Part shown: piece by piece, positions 8,880-17,603 of the stretch
Layout of the letters: each line of letters begins with the position of its first letter
Position numbering within the stretch: position 1 is the first letter of the stretch
Origin: Eubacteriales bacterium
GTDB lineage: Bacteria; Bacillota; Clostridia; Oscillospirales; CAG-272
Direction: 5' to 3'
Assembly: GCA_045126855.1 (NCBI GenBank)
Contig: JBGVPG010000009.1
Span: 83,717-147,716, forward strand
DNA length: 64,000 nucleotides
Program-made: the position numbers and the translations under genes
The notes under the pieces: generated by a model
What the model was told of the DNA's origin: nothing
Seen by the model: only the letters and a program-made list of their open reading frames with translations
The model's database searches: none

Positions 8880-8930
8880 AGAAAAAAGCGGCATTCTTTT
8901 GTGCAAAAGCAACAAATAATACCGCTTTTT
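8880..8930 (-). terminator. probable terminator of radA
   Basis: Outer stem aaagcgg / ccgcttt encloses an inner hairpin cttttg..caaaag. A T-run follows on the minus strand. Confidence 0.5.
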
Positions 8931-8954
8931 ATCTGATTTTGATAATTTTTTGCT

Positions 8955-10340
8955 CTAGTTTGCGCTCTTTTCCTTCATATGTATGAGAACCTCATAAATA
9001 TTCGAAACTCCGCAAAGCTCAACGCCCGAGGGGACCTTCAAGGCTTTGTTTATATTCTTCTTCGGTAGAATAATTTTTGTGAAGCCAAGTCTAATGGCCT
9101 CCTTGACACGGTAATCTATATGAGACACTGCCCTAACCTCTCCGGAAAGTCCAAGCTCTCCAAAAGCAATAAGGTCATCGGGAATCACCTTGTCTGTAAT
9201 ACCGCTGATAAGAGCCATAGCAATAGAAAGGTCGGCGCTAGGTTCGTCAAGGCGAATGCCGCCCGCAACGTTGAGATATACGTCATTTTCATAGAATCTG
9301 AGTCCCATTCGTTTTTCAAGTACGGCAATCAAAAGGCACATTCTGTTATAATCGAAACCGTCCGAGGTGCGCTTTCCGGTTGCATATACCGATTTAGCAA
9401 CAAGTGACTGGATCTCGGATATTATCGGACGGGTTCCCTGCATCACACAGCCTGCACAAGAGCCGCTGGTGTTCTTGGGGCGTTCTGCCATAACAACTTC
9501 GCTGGGGTTAGGAATTTCAACAAGCCCCTTATCGCCCATTTCAAAAACACCAATTTCATTAGTAGAGCCGAACCTGTTTTTAATGGCACGGATTATCCTG
9601 TAAGAATTTGTGCGCTCTCCTTCAAAATAAAGAACGGCGTCAACCATATGCTCGAGAATCTTAGGGCCCGAGATTCCGCCCTCCTTATTGACGTGACCAA
9701 CGAGAAATACCGCCGCACCGTATGTCTTACCATAGTTGATGAAGGACATCGCCCCCTCCCTCACCTGAGTGATACTGCCGGGTGCAGAGGTATAATTCAT
9801 ACTTGAAAGCGTCTGTACCGAGTCAATGATAATAACGTCGGGAGATATTCTGCGGCACTCGTCAAGTATAGCATCCGTATCGGTCTCGCAAAGCAGATAA
9901 ATAGACTCACCATTAATGCCAAGTCTCTCTGCGCGAAGTTTAAGTTGTCCTTTCGATTCCTCTCCTGAAACGTAGAGGACCTTTCTCGACTTTCCAAGCT
10001 CCGAACAGATCTGCAGCAAAAGCGTAGACTTACCGATTCCGGGCTCACCAGATAAGAGTACCGCCGAGCTATCTACAAGGCCGCCTCCAAGCACACGGTC
10101 AAGCTCGCCCATACCCGTTTTTGTACGAAGATATTTGGGAAGCTCCAGCTCGGAGAATTTCTCGGCTTTATTTACAACAGATGCATTTCTGCCACGATTT
10201 AAAGTGCTTTTTTGGATTTTTTCAACAACTGTTTCTTCATCAAATGAGTTCCAACTTTGGCAATCCGGACACTTGCCGAGCCACTTTGGGTGGGTATATC
10301 CACACTCACGGCAAACAAAAACGATCTTTTCACCCTTCAT
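8955..10340 (-). CDS. radA: DNA repair protein RadA/Sms
   Basis: 461 aa. N-terminal zinc finger CRECGY..CPDCQSW, Walker A GEPGIGKST, KNRFG motif and a Lon-like C-terminal domain. Confidence 0.95.
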   Translation of the reverse strand: MKGEKIVFVCRECGYTHPKWLGKCPDCQSWNSFDEETVVEKIQKSTLNRGRNASVVNKAEKFSELELPKYLRTKTGMGELDRVLGGGLVDSSAVLLSGEPGIGKSTLLLQICSELGKSRKVLYVSGEESKGQLKLRAERLGINGESIYLLCETDTDAILDECRRISPDVIIIDSVQTLSSMNYTSAPGSITQVREGAMSFINYGKTYGAAVFLVGHVNKEGGISGPKILEHMVDAVLYFEGERTNSYRIIRAIKNRFGSTNEIGVFEMGDKGLVEIPNPSEVVMAERPKNTSGSCAGCVMQGTRPIISEIQSLVAKSVYATGKRTSDGFDYNRMCLLIAVLEKRMGLRFYENDVYLNVAGGIRLDEPSADLSIAMALISGITDKVIPDDLIAFGELGLSGEVRAVSHIDYRVKEAIRLGFTKIILPKKNINKALKVPSGVELCGVSNIYEVLIHMKEKSAN

Positions 10341-10364
10341 TTTTTATACATCCTTGGTAAAAAT

Positions 10365-11117
10365 TTAATTTGTCTTTTCTTCTATATATTCTATAATACC
10401 ACAAACGATCGAAAAAGACAATTCTTTTTGATATTCTTTTTCAGAAAGTTTTTCACATTCCACCTTGTTTGATAAAAATCCGCATTCGATCAACACAGAA
10501 GTTGGTTCTGATTTATCAAGAATATACATTCCTTTTCCTTCCTTTATTACCCTTTTGTTTTCCTTTTGCAAACCGTCTCTCACCGACGACTGTATCTTTT
10601 CTGCCAGCCCACGGCTTTCGTCATCATTCGAGGAATAGTAAACCTGAAGTCCCGAGTATTTACCGTCGCCAAATGAGTTCATATGTATGCTGACCAGAAT
10701 AGAATCCGGATATTTGTTGGCCGCCTTGCATCTATTCTTTAAATCCGATATTTTCCGTATTCCCTTTATATTCTCTTCCTCGGTATATAACAGTCTATCA
10801 TCGGTTCTCGTGTATACCACGACGTATCCACGTTCCTCAAGAAGCTCACCTATTTGTAATACCATTTGAAGATTCAGATCCTTTTCATACACTCCCGTAA
10901 CGCCGACCGTTCCAGGATCCTCGCCACCGTGACCTGCGTCAAGTATTACAATTTTATCAAAAGGAATTGCGTCTGCGGAAATAAGGTGTAGATCCCGTCC
11001 GTAAATCCTAGTTACAACACCGATAGACGCAGCGACCAAAATTACGCAAATCAAGGAAACGCTTATCAGTGTTTTTGTTAATCTGCGCTTACATAAATCC
11101 AAAACTACAATTTTCAT
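10365..11117 (-). CDS. cwlD: N-acetylmuramoyl-L-alanine amidase, CwlD type (spore cortex muramic-lactam formation)
   Basis: 250 aa. N-terminal TM anchor and Amidase_3 motifs ILDAGHGGEDPG and SIHMNSF. Size and architecture match CwlD. Confidence 0.8.
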   Translation of the reverse strand: MKIVVLDLCKRRLTKTLISVSLICVILVAASIGVVTRIYGRDLHLISADAIPFDKIVILDAGHGGEDPGTVGVTGVYEKDLNLQMVLQIGELLEERGYVVVYTRTDDRLLYTEEENIKGIRKISDLKNRCKAANKYPDSILVSIHMNSFGDGKYSGLQVYYSSNDDESRGLAEKIQSSVRDGLQKENKRVIKEGKGMYILDKSEPTSVLIECGFLSNKVECEKLSEKEYQKELSFSIVCGIIEYIEEKTN

Positions 11118-11247
11118 AAATACCTCCCTGCCTAGTTAACTATATGGCGTGATTTTGCTGCTTATTCCCCAAAATGTTTACAATTTATACATTTTTTCTT
11201 GCAAATATTTTGTATAATAGAATTAGACAAAATCTTTGGAGGAGTTT

Positions 11248-12273
11248 ATGTCAACACTAAGGCTTAACAATGACAACGAAGAATTAAAAACCTTTCCCCG
11301 TTTTCTCCGAAGCTATGCCAATCATTTATCCGTAATTGAAGGAAAAAGCGAGAAGACAATATGCGAATATCTCCTTGATCTGCGTACCTTTTTCAGGTAT
11401 ACGATCATGATAGAAAACGATGAATTTCTGAGCGTTGATGAGCTTGAAAAAATCAGCATAAAGCATCTTACTATCGAGGATGCCGGCAGGGTTGATACAC
11501 AGTTAATTATTGACTTCCTAGCCTACGCACGAAACGATAGGCAAAACAACTCATCTACGAGAAATCGCAAGCTCAGCGCCATAAAATCATTTTACAAGCA
11601 CGCATACAACAAAAAGCATCTGATAAACAAAAATCCTGCAGCAGATATAGACGGCATAAGGGGCGCAAAAACTCTGTCAAAATTCCTGACTGTTGAGGAG
11701 GCAACAAATCTTCTCTCTACGGTATATTCCGACGTAGAATCAAAGACCAGAGTGAGAGATTACTCTATTATTGCCCTCTTTTTGAATACAGGAATGCGTC
11801 TTTCCGAGCTTTGCGGTCTAAATATTCAAAGCTTCGATCCCGAAATTACTTTTGTTAAGGTCCTTGGTAAAGGTAACAAGGAAAGAATTATTTATCTCAA
11901 CACCGCCGCACGGGAAGCTGTTATGGATTATATGAAGATCCGCCTTGATCCCAGGTATATAAGAACCTCCGAGAGAGCCTTTTTCCTCAGCTCCAGACAG
12001 ACCAGAATATCACCGAAAACGGTTCAATGGATGGTAAACAAATACCTTTCGCTGTCTGGGCTTGGTACAAAGGGATACTCGGTGCATAAGCTACGTCACA
12101 CCGCCGCCACTCTTATGTATCAAAGCGGTCAGGTTGACATTCGAGTGCTGAAGGATATTCTCGGTCACGAACAGCTGAATACGACACAGATATACACTCA
12201 CCTTGTCAGCAAAAACCTAGAGGAGGCCATGCAAAAAAATCCCCTTTCTGATTTCAGTGCCAAAAAACAGTAA
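11248..12273 (+). CDS. tyrosine recombinase, XerC/XerD family
   Basis: Catalytic signature HKLRHTAATLMY...LGHEQLNTTQIYTH. Start moved to the ATG at 11248, 6 nt after GGAGGAG. The ORF-track TTG at 11236 lies within the SD. Confidence 0.85.
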   Translation: MSTLRLNNDNEELKTFPRFLRSYANHLSVIEGKSEKTICEYLLDLRTFFRYTIMIENDEFLSVDELEKISIKHLTIEDAGRVDTQLIIDFLAYARNDRQNNSSTRNRKLSAIKSFYKHAYNKKHLINKNPAADIDGIRGAKTLSKFLTVEEATNLLSTVYSDVESKTRVRDYSIIALFLNTGMRLSELCGLNIQSFDPEITFVKVLGKGNKERIIYLNTAAREAVMDYMKIRLDPRYIRTSERAFFLSSRQTRISPKTVQWMVNKYLSLSGLGTKGYSVHKLRHTAATLMYQSGQVDIRVLKDILGHEQLNTTQIYTHLVSKNLEEAMQKNPLSDFSAKKQ

Positions 12274-12287
12274 ACAGAATATTTATG

Positions 12288-12323
12288 AAAGAGCGATGTT
12301 TTTTCTTCGCTCTTTCTTTTTTA
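12288..12323 (+). terminator. rho-independent terminator after the recombinase gene
   Basis: Stem aaagagcga / tcgctcttt followed by cTTTTTT. Confidence 0.7.
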
Positions 12324-12335
12324 TTTAAAAAAGTA

Positions 12336-12364
12336 TTGACTTATTTTATATTTTTTGGTATAGT
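12336..12364 (+). promoter_or_regulatory. sigma-A type promoter of the decarboxylase cluster
   Basis: TTGACT (12336-12341), 17-nt spacer, TATAGT (12359-12364). Confidence 0.6.
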
Positions 12365-12455
12365 ATATTTGGTGAAAATTGAATTTTTCATCGCTTTCCA
12401 AGTTAACAATTAAGGAAGGAGAGATTTGCGCTGACACGCAAATCAAGAATTCGCT

Positions 12456-13895
12456 TTGAACAAATACACAAAACCTACCTTCTGTAGTCTCCCCACAGCC
12501 GCAGAGCTTCGTGAGAGTCTACGTGGATCTGAAGCATCGGAAGCACGTGAGCAAATTTCGCTTATTTTCGATGCCGACACCTTCGTTGAGGTCAGCGCTT
12601 ATACAAAGCGTGGTTTTTCCGATTTTATTTCGACCGAAAAAACCAACGAGTTTGAGGGTGTAATCTGTGGATACGGTGCCATTGACGGCAAGCTCGTTTT
12701 TGCATTCGTCGAGGATGCCTCCAGAATGGGAGGAGCGATCGACGACAGACATGCAAAAAAAATCTGCGACCTATATAAAATGGCTATCTCAAACGGAGCA
12801 CCCGTTATAGGTATCTTTAACTCCAACGGAACCGACGTTTTTGAAGGAACCTCAGGTCTTGCCGCCTACGGAAGAATTATGTCTGCCATCACTCAGGCAT
12901 CCGGTGTAATTCCCCAGATCGCATATATTGCAGGCAACTGTATAGGCACCTGTGCTGCGATCGCATCAATGTTTGATATCGTAATCAAGAGAGACAGCGC
13001 AGCCCTTTACGTCAGCTCCCCTGCCCTTACAGGCGAAAGCAACGCGCAGGACGCCATCGTTTCCTACTGTGGAACCCAGGAGCAGTGCGCAGGCTTTATT
13101 ATCAGCCTGATTTCCTTCCTTCCCTCCAATTCCTCGGTCGGCCTTATTGCCTCCGAAATATGCACCGACAATCTTAACAGAAAGCTCGGAAATCTCAATT
13201 TTGGCGGTGAGGCGGTTGCTGTTGTTTCGGTGATTGCAGATAACAGCATGTTCCTTGAGTTAACTCACGATTACGCTCCCGGAGCAACGACCGCTTTTGC
13301 TACGATTGGTGGCGTAAAGTGCGGTATAGTTGCAACATCATTCTCCAAGGATGAGGGTCGTATAAACGTTGAATCTGCGAGAAAGATCTCAAGATTCGTT
13401 ACCTTCTGTGACAGCTTTTCCCTTCCCGTGGTTACCCTCGTAGACTCTATGGGACTTGCCATTAACAAGAAAAACGAGGCAGTATTTGCTCCTGAGCTTG
13501 CAAAGCTTGGAATGGCATATGCGGCATCTCGCTGCCCTAAGGTAACGGTTATTCTCGGACACGCGATCGGAGCTTCCTTCGTTCTTCTCGGCTCTAAATC
13601 TCTTGGTGCCGATCTTGTATACGCAACCGAAGAATCCGAGATCGGCGCACTTAGTGCGGCAAGCGGTGTAGCATTCGCTTGGGATAAGTATATTACCGAG
13701 GATAAAACACGTGAGGATCTTATCAACGAGTGGAAGACCACCGTTTCTTCTCCCGTAAATGCCGCATCCAGTGGTGAAATTGACGATATCATCAGCATCA
13801 ATGAATTGAGAGCAAGACTTTGCTCAGCCCTGCTTATGCTTTCGGCAAAGGGTGTTTCTGCCCACCTCGCATATCGCAAGGTTCTTCCCCTCTAA
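12456..13895 (+). CDS. acyl-CoA carboxyltransferase subunit (MmdA / transcarboxylase-12S-like, divergent)
   Basis: 479 aa with two crotonase-like carboxyltransferase halves (FVEDASRMGGAIDDRHAKKI; FCDSFSLPVVTLVDSMGLA). There is no in-frame ATG near the 5' end, so TTG 12456 is the first possible start after an in-frame TGA at 12432. The start is uncertain. Confidence 0.75.
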   Translation: MNKYTKPTFCSLPTAAELRESLRGSEASEAREQISLIFDADTFVEVSAYTKRGFSDFISTEKTNEFEGVICGYGAIDGKLVFAFVEDASRMGGAIDDRHAKKICDLYKMAISNGAPVIGIFNSNGTDVFEGTSGLAAYGRIMSAITQASGVIPQIAYIAGNCIGTCAAIASMFDIVIKRDSAALYVSSPALTGESNAQDAIVSYCGTQEQCAGFIISLISFLPSNSSVGLIASEICTDNLNRKLGNLNFGGEAVAVVSVIADNSMFLELTHDYAPGATTAFATIGGVKCGIVATSFSKDEGRINVESARKISRFVTFCDSFSLPVVTLVDSMGLAINKKNEAVFAPELAKLGMAYAASRCPKVTVILGHAIGASFVLLGSKSLGADLVYATEESEIGALSAASGVAFAWDKYITEDKTREDLINEWKTTVSSPVNAASSGEIDDIISINELRARLCSALLMLSAKGVSAHLAYRKVLPL

Positions 13896-13910
13896 TTAAG
13901 GAGGATATGT

Positions 13911-14273
13911 ATGTTCGGTATAACTGATTTCACAAAGCCAATCGTTGATTTTTCAAACTTTGAAATTTCGCAGCTTGGTGATGCACTGATATTTGGCGGT
14001 GCTGTATTGCTGATTGGTATGGCTACGATATTCGTCATACTGTGTCTGCTTTGGCTGTGCTTGATTTTATTCAAAGTTTTCTTCCACGATCTTCCCGAAA
14101 AGCGTGCCAAAAAGCGCACTAACCTCGCAGCAATGGCTGTTGCAGAGAGCGAAGAAGAGACATCAGAAGCAGATGACGGCGAGATCATTGCAGTGCTTGC
14201 GGCAGCGATTGCAGCAGCCGAGAGCGAAGATAACGGTCTCAAATTCAGAGTAGTTTCCTTCAGAAGAGTTTAA
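13911..14273 (+). CDS. OadG-family small membrane subunit of Na+-translocating decarboxylase
   Basis: 120 aa. One TM helix, an acidic linker and the typical EIIAVLAAAIAAAE motif. AAGGAGGA lies 5 nt upstream of the ATG. Confidence 0.75.
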   Translation: MFGITDFTKPIVDFSNFEISQLGDALIFGGAVLLIGMATIFVILCLLWLCLILFKVFFHDLPEKRAKKRTNLAAMAVAESEEETSEADDGEIIAVLAAAIAAAESEDNGLKFRVVSFRRV

Positions 14274-14299
14274 GTTAATAATTGAAAGGGTTCACAAAG

Positions 14300-14671
14300 A
14301 TGAAAAAATATAATATTACCGTAAATGGCACAACCTACGAGGTTATTGTTGAGGAGGTAGGCGCTCATAATGCGTCTCCCGCAGCTCCCGTTTATTCCGC
14401 ACCTGCACCCGTAGCATCTCCCGCAGCACCTAAGGTTGCTCAGGCTATGGCGGGGGGCAGCAACAAAGTAATCGCACCCATGCCCGGAACTATTCTTGAC
14501 GTAAAGGTTTCTCTTGGCCAGGTAGTAAAGAAGGGCGACGTTGTATGCGTACTTGAAGCTATGAAAATGGAGAACGACATTCCTGCACCCTGCGACGGTG
14601 TCATCGCATCCGTTAACGTGCAGAAGGGTTCATCCGTTGCGGCAAACGACATTCTTTTCACTATTAACTAA
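14300..14671 (+). CDS. biotin carboxyl carrier protein (1.3S/MmdC-like)
   Basis: Ala/Pro-rich linker and biotinylation motif VLEAMKMEN. Start moved to ATG 14300 (MKKYNITVNG), 9 nt after AAAGGG. The ORF track starts at an upstream TTG. Confidence 0.88.
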   Translation: MKKYNITVNGTTYEVIVEEVGAHNASPAAPVYSAPAPVASPAAPKVAQAMAGGSNKVIAPMPGTILDVKVSLGQVVKKGDVVCVLEAMKMENDIPAPCDGVIASVNVQKGSSVAANDILFTIN

Positions 14672-14699
14672 CTTTCAGGAAAGATATAGGTGCTAATAA

Positions 14700-16127
14700 A
14701 TGTTAGACGCTATCACTAATTTCCTCAGCTCTACGGGAATAGCAAAGATGTTCTCTGCTGATTCTGATACGATGTGGTGGCAGTATCTTGCGATGTACAT
14801 TCTCATCGGAGGACTCTTCTATCTTGCAATAGTTAAGAAGTTTGAGCCCCTGCTGTTGATGCCAATTGCATTCGGTATGCTGCTTGCCAATCTTCCCGGC
14901 GCAGAGCTTATTCACCTTGAATATTTCTTCGACGATCACTACATAGCCGTTGAAGGCGGTAAATTCGTTGGTACGCTCGCAGTAAGCGTTCAGAATTTCG
15001 TCGATCAATTTTTGTTCGGTTACTCTGAATTATTCACTATGACCGAAAATTCATTTAACGTAAATATGCCCTTCATTACCGAAGGCGGTATCGACCCTGA
15101 AGTTGTCAAATCCGCATTCGATAGCTACGTTGGTGGTGCGGCATATCTTGATGCCGAGGGCTTTATTCACGTTAAGATGTCTACTATGATTAAAGAGGTT
15201 GTTAACCACGGTGGACTTGTTGATATTCTTTATTTAGGTGTTAAGCTCGGTGTATATCCCTCGCTCATCTTTATGGGTGTGGGTGCAATGACCGACTTCT
15301 CTCCACTTATTGCTAATCCGAAATCCCTGCTTATGGGTGCAGGTGCACAGTTTGGTGTGTTCGTTGCATTCTTTGCAGCGCTCTTTATGGGCTTTACTCC
15401 CATGGAAGCTGGTGCGATCGGCATTATCGGTGGCGCAGACGGCCCTACTGCAATTCTCGTCACAAAGGAAATGGCTCCCCACCTCCTCGGTGCTATTGCT
15501 ATTGCGGCATACTCCTATATGGCTTTGATTCCTATTATTCAGCCGCCATTTATGAAGCTGATGACCACAGAATCCGAGCGAAAGATCAAAATGTCCAACC
15601 TTCGTCCCGTATCTCAGGTCGAAAAGGTCGTATTCCCCATCATCGTTACCGCAATCGTATGTCTCCTTGTTCCCGACGCAGCTCCCCTTGTCGGCTTCCT
15701 GATGCTCGGCAACCTGCTCAACGTTTCGGGTGTAGCTGATAGACTCTCCAAGACCGCACAAAACGAACTGATCAATATTATCACGATCTGTCTCGGTATT
15801 TCCGTCGGTGCAACAGCTAGCGCAGAAAACTTCCTCAGGCCCCAGACAATATTCATTATAATCCTCGGTCTTTGCGCATTTATTATTTCTACCGTCGGCG
15901 GTCTTACCGTTGGTAAGATCATGTGCAAGCTCACCGGTGGTAAGATCAATCCCCTTATCGGTTCTGCAGGTGTTTCTGCAGTGCCTATGGCGGCGAGAGT
16001 AGCCCAGGACGTTGGAAGAAAATATGATCCCTCTAACTTCTTGCTCATGCACGCTATGGGTCCCAACGTTGCCGGTGTTATCGGTTCTGCTGTTGCAGCA
16101 GGTGTATTCCTCAGCCTCCTGCGCTAA
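14700..16127 (+). CDS. Na+-translocating decarboxylase beta subunit (OadB/MmdB/GcdB family)
   Basis: 475 aa, polytopic. Signatures IFMGVGAMTDFSPLIANP and GSAGVSAVPMAARV. Confidence 0.92.
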   Translation: MLDAITNFLSSTGIAKMFSADSDTMWWQYLAMYILIGGLFYLAIVKKFEPLLLMPIAFGMLLANLPGAELIHLEYFFDDHYIAVEGGKFVGTLAVSVQNFVDQFLFGYSELFTMTENSFNVNMPFITEGGIDPEVVKSAFDSYVGGAAYLDAEGFIHVKMSTMIKEVVNHGGLVDILYLGVKLGVYPSLIFMGVGAMTDFSPLIANPKSLLMGAGAQFGVFVAFFAALFMGFTPMEAGAIGIIGGADGPTAILVTKEMAPHLLGAIAIAAYSYMALIPIIQPPFMKLMTTESERKIKMSNLRPVSQVEKVVFPIIVTAIVCLLVPDAAPLVGFLMLGNLLNVSGVADRLSKTAQNELINIITICLGISVGATASAENFLRPQTIFIIILGLCAFIISTVGGLTVGKIMCKLTGGKINPLIGSAGVSAVPMAARVAQDVGRKYDPSNFLLMHAMGPNVAGVIGSAVAAGVFLSLLR

Positions 16128-16154
16128 GGAAATTCTTTTGAAAGGATAATTAAG

Positions 16155-17555
16155 ATGTCAAAAGTATTAATTACAGAAACAGTCCTCCGAGACGCTCATC
16201 AGTCCCTGGCTGCTACAAGAATGACAACAGAGGAAATGATTCCTATCCTCCATGATATGGATAAGGTTGGATATCACTCTCTCGAGGCATGGGGTGGAGC
16301 GACCTTTGACGCCTGCCTTCGTTTCCTTAACGAGGATCCCTGGGCGAGACTCAGAACTATCAAGGATCACGTTAAAAATACAAAGCTCCAGATGCTCTTC
16401 CGTGGACAGAACATTCTCGGCTACCGCCACTATGCAGACGACGTAGTTGAATATTTCGTTCAGAAGTCTATTGCAAACGGTATTGATATTATTCGTATTT
16501 TCGACGCCCTCAACGATCCCAGAAACCTTGAAACTGCTATTAAAGCAACCATAAGGGAAAAGGGACACGTTCAGGCGGCAATTTCCTACACCACGTCCCC
16601 CTTCCACACAAACGACGGATTTGCAAGATACGCAAAGCAGCTTGAGGAGATGGGCGCAAATTCCATTTGTATTAAGGATATGTCCGGTCTTCTCAAGCCC
16701 TACGAAGCATATCAGCTTGTTAAAACCATTAAGAATAGCGTTTCCGTACCCGTTCACCTTCATACCCACTACACCGCAGGTCTTGGCTCTATGACTCTCC
16801 TGAAGGCAATAGAGGCGGGCATTGACGGCGTTGATACCGCAATATCACCTCTTGCAATGGGTACGTCTCATACTCCCACCGAATCCCTCGTTGCAACTCT
16901 TCAGGGTACCCCCTACGATACGGGTCTTGAGCTTGAAAAGCTTGACCTTGTTGCTAAGCACTTCAATGAGATCCGTGAAAGATACCTTGCCGAGGGACTT
17001 ATCGATCCCAAGGTTCTTAAGGTTGACGTAAACGCACTTCGTTACCAGGTTCCCGGCGGAATGCTCTCAAACCTCATCAGTCAGCTGAAGCTTGCAGGCA
17101 AGTCTGACAAGCTTGATGCGGTTCTTGAAGAGGTTGCACACGTCAGAGCAGATGCAGGCTTCCCTCCCCTCGTTACCCCCACCTCCCAGATTGTAGGTAC
17201 TCAGGCGGTAAACAACGTCCTCTTCGCAAACGAGGGTCGTTACTCCAGAGTGACCAAGGAGTTCAAGGGTCTTATCCGTGGTGAGTACGGCAAGTGTCCT
17301 GCACAGATTTCCGAGGACTTCAAGAGAAGAATTATCGGCGACGACGATATCATCGATTACAGACCTGCAGACAAGATTGCGCCCGAGATCGACTCGCTCC
17401 GTCAGCGTGTAGCTCCATACAGCGAGCAGGACGAGGATCTTCTCTCCCTCGCACTCTTCGAACAGGTTGCTATCAAGTACTTCGACTGGAGAAAACAGCA
17501 GAAATACAAGCTCGATGCTAACGCCGATTCTAAGAATGGTATTCATTCAATTTAA
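16155..17555 (+). CDS. oxaloacetate decarboxylase alpha / transcarboxylase-5S-like pyruvate carboxyltransferase (no biotinyl domain)
   Basis: 466 aa. TIM-barrel CT domain with TLRDAHQS, ICIKDMSGLL and HLHTHYTAGLG. The protein ends without an AMKM biotinyl domain. Confidence 0.9.
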   Translation: MSKVLITETVLRDAHQSLAATRMTTEEMIPILHDMDKVGYHSLEAWGGATFDACLRFLNEDPWARLRTIKDHVKNTKLQMLFRGQNILGYRHYADDVVEYFVQKSIANGIDIIRIFDALNDPRNLETAIKATIREKGHVQAAISYTTSPFHTNDGFARYAKQLEEMGANSICIKDMSGLLKPYEAYQLVKTIKNSVSVPVHLHTHYTAGLGSMTLLKAIEAGIDGVDTAISPLAMGTSHTPTESLVATLQGTPYDTGLELEKLDLVAKHFNEIRERYLAEGLIDPKVLKVDVNALRYQVPGGMLSNLISQLKLAGKSDKLDAVLEEVAHVRADAGFPPLVTPTSQIVGTQAVNNVLFANEGRYSRVTKEFKGLIRGEYGKCPAQISEDFKRRIIGDDDIIDYRPADKIAPEIDSLRQRVAPYSEQDEDLLSLALFEQVAIKYFDWRKQQKYKLDANADSKNGIHSI

Positions 17556-17572
17556 TCAATAAATATAAAAAA

Positions 17573-17603
17573 CTGCCGAATAAAATTCGGCAGTTTTATT
17601 TTT
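17573..17603. terminator. bidirectional terminator between the decarboxylase cluster and ftsH
   Basis: Stem ctgccgaa / ttcggcag with loop taaaa, flanked by an A-run and a long T-run. Confidence 0.75.

Noticed and set aside
11248-12273. Xer-type tyrosine recombinase considered as the integrase of a mobile element or prophage.
   Set aside because: The neighbours are core genes (cwlD and the decarboxylase cluster). There is no tRNA target, no att-like direct repeats that I could see, no phage or conjugation genes, and composition is native. It is more likely a chromosomal Xer/RipX-type recombinase.
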